Below, one piece after another: positions 27,376 to 32,000 of a DNA stretch of 32,000 nucleotides. The notes below the pieces were generated by a model. That model was not told the DNA's origin and searched no databases. It was given only the letters and a program-made list of their open reading frames with translations. The stretch is taken from NCBI RefSeq assembly GCF_000018785.1, contig NC_010163.1, positions 660,001-692,000 of the forward strand. Direction: 5' to 3'. This DNA is from Acholeplasma laidlawii PG-8A (lineage in GTDB: Bacteria; Bacillota_I; Bacilli_A; Acholeplasmatales; Acholeplasmataceae). The translations under genes were made by a program, and so were the position numbers. Positions within the stretch are counted from its first letter, which is position 1. Every line of letters begins with the position of its first letter.

Positions 27376-28767
27376 TTATCCTTTCGTTGCACCTGCCATG
27401 ATACCTTCGATTAAATATCTTTGGAATACCATATAAATTACGGCGATTGGAACCCCAACAATTAATGATGCTGCAGCAAATGCTGGGTAGTTTAAGTCAT
27501 ATTGACCGTTGATAAACGAGAAGATACCAACAGCTAATGTCCATTGTTCTTGAACCTGATCCAAGCTATTACCTGGAGCAGGAACATTTAGTAAGTAACC
27601 CGGTAACATATAATCCATCCATGGTGCCATAAACATTGAAACGGCAACAAACGTTAGGATAGGTACGGATAACGGTAGAATGATGTGTACAAATATTTTC
27701 ACCTTTGAAGCACCATCAATCATTGCGGATTCGTCTAGATCTCTAGGAATTTGAGACAAGAACCCTTTAATTAACCATAAGTTACCTGGAATTGCACCAC
27801 CAATATATAGAATTGTTAGGTAAAGAGGTTGCCCAAGTAAACCGAACTTCCAGAATAATACATACATTGCAATTAATCCCATGAATGAAGGGAAAGCTTG
27901 AAGAACTAATATAGTTAATAATCCAGCTTTTTTACCTTTAAAGGAGTATCTTGCAAATACATAAGAAGCACCAGTAATGATGATAGTACCTACAATCATG
28001 TTGATGAATGCAATGATCAGTGTATTTAAATACCATTTACCAAAGCTAGAATCTGGTGAGTTAAATAGATAATCAAACCCATTCCAAGTAGGATTGCTTG
28101 GCCATATTGTGTTAGGTATTGTAGATGTACCAGGTGAGAATGCCATACCAAAGATATAGATAACAGGTACTAATACAACAACGACAAGTAGAGTTAACTC
28201 TGCATTTATTAAGAGTTTTATAAGTATGTTTTTAATACTAAAAGTTGCTTTAATTGATAATTTTGATGTATTACGTCTTTTTGGGCTGTTAGCGTAGTGA
28301 ATAAATCCATAAATTGGAACTAACCCAATTAAACCTGGCAATGTACCCTCGTACCCTTTTTTTGCTGCATATTCTACAACAAGTCCTTGATGTACCAAAA
28401 ATATGAGTATTACTATAAAGGTAATCATTAAAGTACTTGCAAAATTATTTTTAAAAGAAACATAAACCATCAGTGATACTGGTATCAAGATAACTGTTAA
28501 TATCAGTAATGCTAGAAATACAAACCCAATCTTTTTAGATACTACTTCAGGAGAGAGTAAGTAATCAAACTCTTCTTTGGTTACATGTGGTTTTAAATTT
28601 GGAAGTTCATTTACGTAATAATTTCCATAGAATGGTAACATAGATATTATTTGAATTTTTCTGTTGTGTTCATAGCCTTTTTTCTTAGCTATGTCATGAA
28701 TAATTAAGTAGTTAGAAGTAATTGCCCAAACTACTATAAACAATATTAGAAGTATTAAGATTTCCAT
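27376..28767 (-). CDS. MalG-like maltose/maltodextrin ABC transporter permease with about 175-aa N-terminal membrane extension
   Basis: C-terminal permease core with EAA-type loop DLDESAMIDGASKVKIFVHIILPLSVPIL; N-terminal extension has extra TM segments. Confidence 0.9.
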   Translation of the reverse strand: MEILILLILFIVVWAITSNYLIIHDIAKKKGYEHNRKIQIISMLPFYGNYYVNELPNLKPHVTKEEFDYLLSPEVVSKKIGFVFLALLILTVILIPVSLMVYVSFKNNFASTLMITFIVILIFLVHQGLVVEYAAKKGYEGTLPGLIGLVPIYGFIHYANSPKRRNTSKLSIKATFSIKNILIKLLINAELTLLVVVVLVPVIYIFGMAFSPGTSTIPNTIWPSNPTWNGFDYLFNSPDSSFGKWYLNTLIIAFINMIVGTIIITGASYVFARYSFKGKKAGLLTILVLQAFPSFMGLIAMYVLFWKFGLLGQPLYLTILYIGGAIPGNLWLIKGFLSQIPRDLDESAMIDGASKVKIFVHIILPLSVPILTFVAVSMFMAPWMDYMLPGYLLNVPAPGNSLDQVQEQWTLAVGIFSFINGQYDLNYPAFAAASLIVGVPIAVIYMVFQRYLIEGIMAGATKG

Positions 28768-28770
28768 ATA

Positions 28771-31230
28771 TTAATCCTCCTGGAATGCTTTGGTTCTAGA
28801 TAAGTTCCAAGCTGTCAAACTACCTACGAATATGAAGATGAGTACAGAAAAGACCGAAGCTAAGTTATAAATTTGATGATCAGTTGTCAATCTGTACATC
28901 CATGAAATCAGGATGTCAGTCTGTCCTGCAAATCCACTATTGACATCATTTAAGTTACCTGGTCCACCACCTGTGATAAAGTAGATGACACCGAAATTAT
29001 TAAAGTTCCCAGAGAATGTCATGATTAGAATGGGCGCTGTTGAATATAGGACAAGTGGCATTGTAATAGATCTTAGTTTTTGGAATCCGGTTGCACCATC
29101 AATATCAGCTGCTTCATAAAGTGATTTATCTATAGCAGTCATAATACCTGTCATTAAAGCCATAAAGTAAGGGAACCCTAACCAAATATTAAGAACGATA
29201 ATTACAGTCTTAACAAAGTTTGGATTATTTTCATTTGTAAACCACTGAATATTTTCATGGCCTAACCAGAAATACTTAGCGAAACCACTCACTTGATTAT
29301 AAGCTTGACCTAGTATACCCCAATCAATAAAAATATCGTATATACCAAGTTGCATCAGTAATTGGTTAATAAATCCTGTTTCATTAAACATGACACTAAA
29401 TACCATTTGAGATAGTAATGCAGGAATCGCCCATGGAAGAATTAAAATAGTTCTCCATAGTTTTCTAAAGACTACAGATTCTGCATTTAAAATAAGTGCT
29501 TGGAAGAAACCACCAAAGAAAACAGTTACTGTTGAAAATACTGCCCAAATAAGTGTCCATGTAAGAACACGCCAGAAAGCATTACCAAAACCTTGACCAA
29601 TGCTTGAGTTAGGGTCAAATACTGTAATAAAGTTTGTAAATCCAACCCAATCGAATAATTTATCCATAGAACCATTACCACCAATGGATGTAAAGGCTAA
29701 TACAAAGCCGAATGCAATTGGCATAATAGAAATAAATGCTAATACAAACATTGCAGGTGATAAAATGATATATTCAAAACCATTATCCCAAACTGACTTA
29801 AAGTATGATTTTGTATCTAGTATTTCCTTTTCTTTTCTTCGTTGTTCAGACACCTTGTATGTATCAAGTGCTGACCATATACCAAAGATAAAGAAGAATA
29901 GGGATAAAATGACCATAATTAAACCATCAAGTAATAGTAATGTTGAAATATGACCACGTATATTCACTTGACCTTCAAAATTAATATTAACGCTTCTTAG
30001 GTTTGAATTTGAAGACTCACCAGGTAATCCAATCATTGCATGTTCTAATGCTAAATGACCATTTAATCTAACTTGTTCAGTTTGACCAAGTGTTAGGACT
30101 TCCCAATAACCTTTAACAAACATACCTGCACGATCATAGAAGAAATTATTGAAATCTTTCATGTACTGTGCTTTGAAATCAGGATGTAGATCCATATAAA
30201 CACGAACCATTAATTTAACAAAATCTTGAGATTGTGTAGGGTTAATAGTGTGTACTTGGACAACTGCACGTCTAAATAATGTTGAAAAAGGCGTTTGTTT
30301 GTATTGTGCACGCACTGTATTATGAATCAATCCTGGTTCATAATATTCATAAAGTGTACCGTTTAACTCATAAACTGGTCCTAAGATATTAGTAACAGCA
30401 GTTGGTGAGAAACCAGCACCAGATTCTTTTAAGCTAAATGTGTCATTAGACAGTAATAAGAATCTTTGTTGGTCTGTATTTATGAAAACTTCAACATAAT
30501 ACTCATTTGTATCAGTATCTTTAAATAGTTTACCGGTTTTTCTAAAAGGTGTTAAACCCTGTACACTTGTGATAATCGATGGATTATCCATACGGTTAAA
30601 CACATGAGTTTCAAAGTACTCAGTTATTTGTTGACCTGCAACAGCTTGACTTGAAATAGGTAAGTAGAACTTATGATTCACTTCATCCCAATACATGTTG
30701 CTATTTTCTAATGTAATTAAACGTTTAGCATTTGCTGAATCAAAGTCTTCAGCTCTTGTTTCATTCGTTGTACCGAACTCGGTATATCGTAAATAGGATG
30801 CCTCTTTTAAATCTCTTGCGAGGAATTCTATGAAACGTTCTTCAGTAAATAGTTTGGCGGTTGGATTTTGTGATCCAGTAGCACCACCATAATATCCCCC
30901 GTTTGGTTTTTCTTCAACACCAATTTCATCTAAAAAAGCTTCAAAGGAAGCGATTCTGTTAGAAGAACTTTGTAAGATTTGGCCATCATAGAATTGGAAT
31001 AAGGATTTCTCAAACCATTCACCAAATGACTCCCCGGCAATCTTATTAAGTGCTATTTCATTTTCTGTGGTTTCTTCATAAAAATAATTAGAAGTTGCGA
31101 GCTCTAATGTTACGAAAATAGCAAAGAAAATGAAGAAAAATAGTGCTTTTAAATATTGTCTATTAAAGACTTGACCTATACCCCATATTAGCCCCGATAG
31201 TATAGATTTTATTATACTCCATGCCTTCAT
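28771..31230 (-). CDS. MalF-like maltose/maltodextrin ABC transporter permease with very large extracytoplasmic domain
   Basis: EAA-type loop DKSLYEAADIDGATGFQKLRSITMPLVL and MalF-like segments; 819 aa with TM near aa 29-47, then about 385 aa before the next TM. Confidence 0.9.
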   Translation of the reverse strand: MKAWSIIKSILSGLIWGIGQVFNRQYLKALFFFIFFAIFVTLELATSNYFYEETTENEIALNKIAGESFGEWFEKSLFQFYDGQILQSSSNRIASFEAFLDEIGVEEKPNGGYYGGATGSQNPTAKLFTEERFIEFLARDLKEASYLRYTEFGTTNETRAEDFDSANAKRLITLENSNMYWDEVNHKFYLPISSQAVAGQQITEYFETHVFNRMDNPSIITSVQGLTPFRKTGKLFKDTDTNEYYVEVFINTDQQRFLLLSNDTFSLKESGAGFSPTAVTNILGPVYELNGTLYEYYEPGLIHNTVRAQYKQTPFSTLFRRAVVQVHTINPTQSQDFVKLMVRVYMDLHPDFKAQYMKDFNNFFYDRAGMFVKGYWEVLTLGQTEQVRLNGHLALEHAMIGLPGESSNSNLRSVNINFEGQVNIRGHISTLLLLDGLIMVILSLFFFIFGIWSALDTYKVSEQRRKEKEILDTKSYFKSVWDNGFEYIILSPAMFVLAFISIMPIAFGFVLAFTSIGGNGSMDKLFDWVGFTNFITVFDPNSSIGQGFGNAFWRVLTWTLIWAVFSTVTVFFGGFFQALILNAESVVFRKLWRTILILPWAIPALLSQMVFSVMFNETGFINQLLMQLGIYDIFIDWGILGQAYNQVSGFAKYFWLGHENIQWFTNENNPNFVKTVIIVLNIWLGFPYFMALMTGIMTAIDKSLYEAADIDGATGFQKLRSITMPLVLYSTAPILIMTFSGNFNNFGVIYFITGGGPGNLNDVNSGFAGQTDILISWMYRLTTDHQIYNLASVFSVLIFIFVGSLTAWNLSRTKAFQED

Positions 31231-31268
31231 TATGTAACACCTCTTTATTGTGACTATAATTGAATGGA

Positions 31269-31290
31269 GGCGATAGGAAAACCTATCGCC
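31269..31290 (-). promoter_or_regulatory. Perfect intercistronic stem-loop between the malE-like and malF-like genes
   Basis: GGCGATAGG-4 nt-CCTATCGCC, 9 bp perfect stem, not followed by a T run on the minus strand. Confidence 0.8.
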
Positions 31291-31329
31291 TACTCATTCT
31301 TTCTTAAATATACTTGTTGCGAAAACTAA

Positions 31330-32000
31330 TTATTGACCGCCTAGACCAGCTTGTGCACGGTATGCATTTTCAGCTGCAACCACAGCTTCAGAAATCACTG
31401 TAGCAGGGTTGTTCCAAACAGATATAATCATTGATTCACCTGGACCCCAGTAGTATTGAACTGCAGGGATTGTAGGCATTGGAATTGCACTTTCTAACTG
31501 TAATGAAATTGCAGGTAGATAAGGATCTGTACTGAAACCATCGATATTTGGTAATAGTTCAGGCTTTAAAGCAGGTAATTTATTTTTCATCTTTAATTGT
31601 AATTCCATAGCTTTATCGCTCATTAGGAATTCTAAGAATGCTGTTGCAGCTTCTTTATTATTAGAATACTTGTAAATTGCAGCCATTTGAGCACCTGCAA
31701 ATGGAGCACCTTGTACGCCACCTACTGATGGTAATGGAGCGATACCGAAGTTTAGACCTTCTGTACCAGCATATTCTTCAATATTCCATGGACCAGCAAT
31801 AATGTAAGGGATGTTACCAGCTACGAAGTTAGCACCAGCACCCACTGAGTTGTGGTTGTTGTTACCAGTTGTAGCAGGTTTTAATTTATCACGGAACCAA
31901 GTTAATGCAGCAACTGCATCTGCAAATCCTACAGCACTTGGATCATCTAGGTTTTCACCAAACGGTTGGAAGCCTAATGCAGAGTAGAATGTTTGCATGA
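31330..32000 (-). CDS. Maltose/maltodextrin-binding protein MalE-like, C-terminal part; gene continues past the right edge
   Basis: ANFVAGNIPYIIAGPWNIEEYAG, GAQMAAIYKYSNNKEAATAFLEFLMSDKAMELQ. Position upstream of MalF/MalG-like permeases. The frame reaches the window boundary, so the track start is internal. Confidence 0.85.
   Translation of the reverse strand, partial: MQTFYSALGFQPFGENLDDPSAVGFADAVAALTWFRDKLKPATTGNNNHNSVGAGANFVAGNIPYIIAGPWNIEEYAGTEGLNFGIAPLPSVGGVQGAPFAGAQMAAIYKYSNNKEAATAFLEFLMSDKAMELQLKMKNKLPALKPELLPNIDGFSTDPYLPAISLQLESAIPMPTIPAVQYYWGPGESMIISVWNNPATVISEAVVAAENAYRAQAGLGGQ

Noticed and set aside
29600-29953. Plus-strand 117-aa ORF inside the malF-like gene
   Set aside because: Antisense to a strongly supported transporter CDS and no independent support.
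1-32000. CRISPR arrays, transposases, integrases, rRNA or complete tRNA genes
   Set aside because: Looked for direct-repeat/spacer structure, DDE or recombinase motifs and cloverleaf arms; none seen. The only periodic repeat is the three-copy 20-bp unit at 3751-3810, which has no spacers.

Overview
AT-rich Acholeplasma/Mollicute-like window; TGA is used as a normal stop throughout. Nothing here was database-searched. Left part (about 1-4.2 kb): accessory, defence-like block with a McrC-type nuclease subunit, two small HExxH zincin-like proteins and an unusual RNase III-fold protein. All are on the + strand, and the last two genes are each preceded by a micro-ORF that overlaps their start as ATGA. 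About 4.2-5.6 kb is gene-poor, with one lipoprotein. The remainder looks like ordinary chromosome: HAD phosphatase, PlsC-like acyltransferase, GltS-like symporter, MarR regulator plus ABC exporter, alpha/beta hydrolase, two convergent pseudouridine synthases, SatP/YaaH-type transporter, polar amino-acid ABC importer, FNT-family channel, SDR, MsrB, and a large maltodextrin locus. The maltodextrin locus has MalQ, three GH13 enzymes, MalG-like and MalF-like permeases with unusual N-terminal extensions, and the C-terminal part of a MalE-like binding protein cut by the right edge. The clearest regulatory features are a T-box leader with a second antiterminator/terminator module lacking Stem I before the amino-acid importer, a cre-like operator between two divergent GH13 genes, and a perfect 9-bp hairpin between malE-like and malF-like genes. 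The best candidate for an undescribed system is the McrC + two zincins + RNase III cluster.
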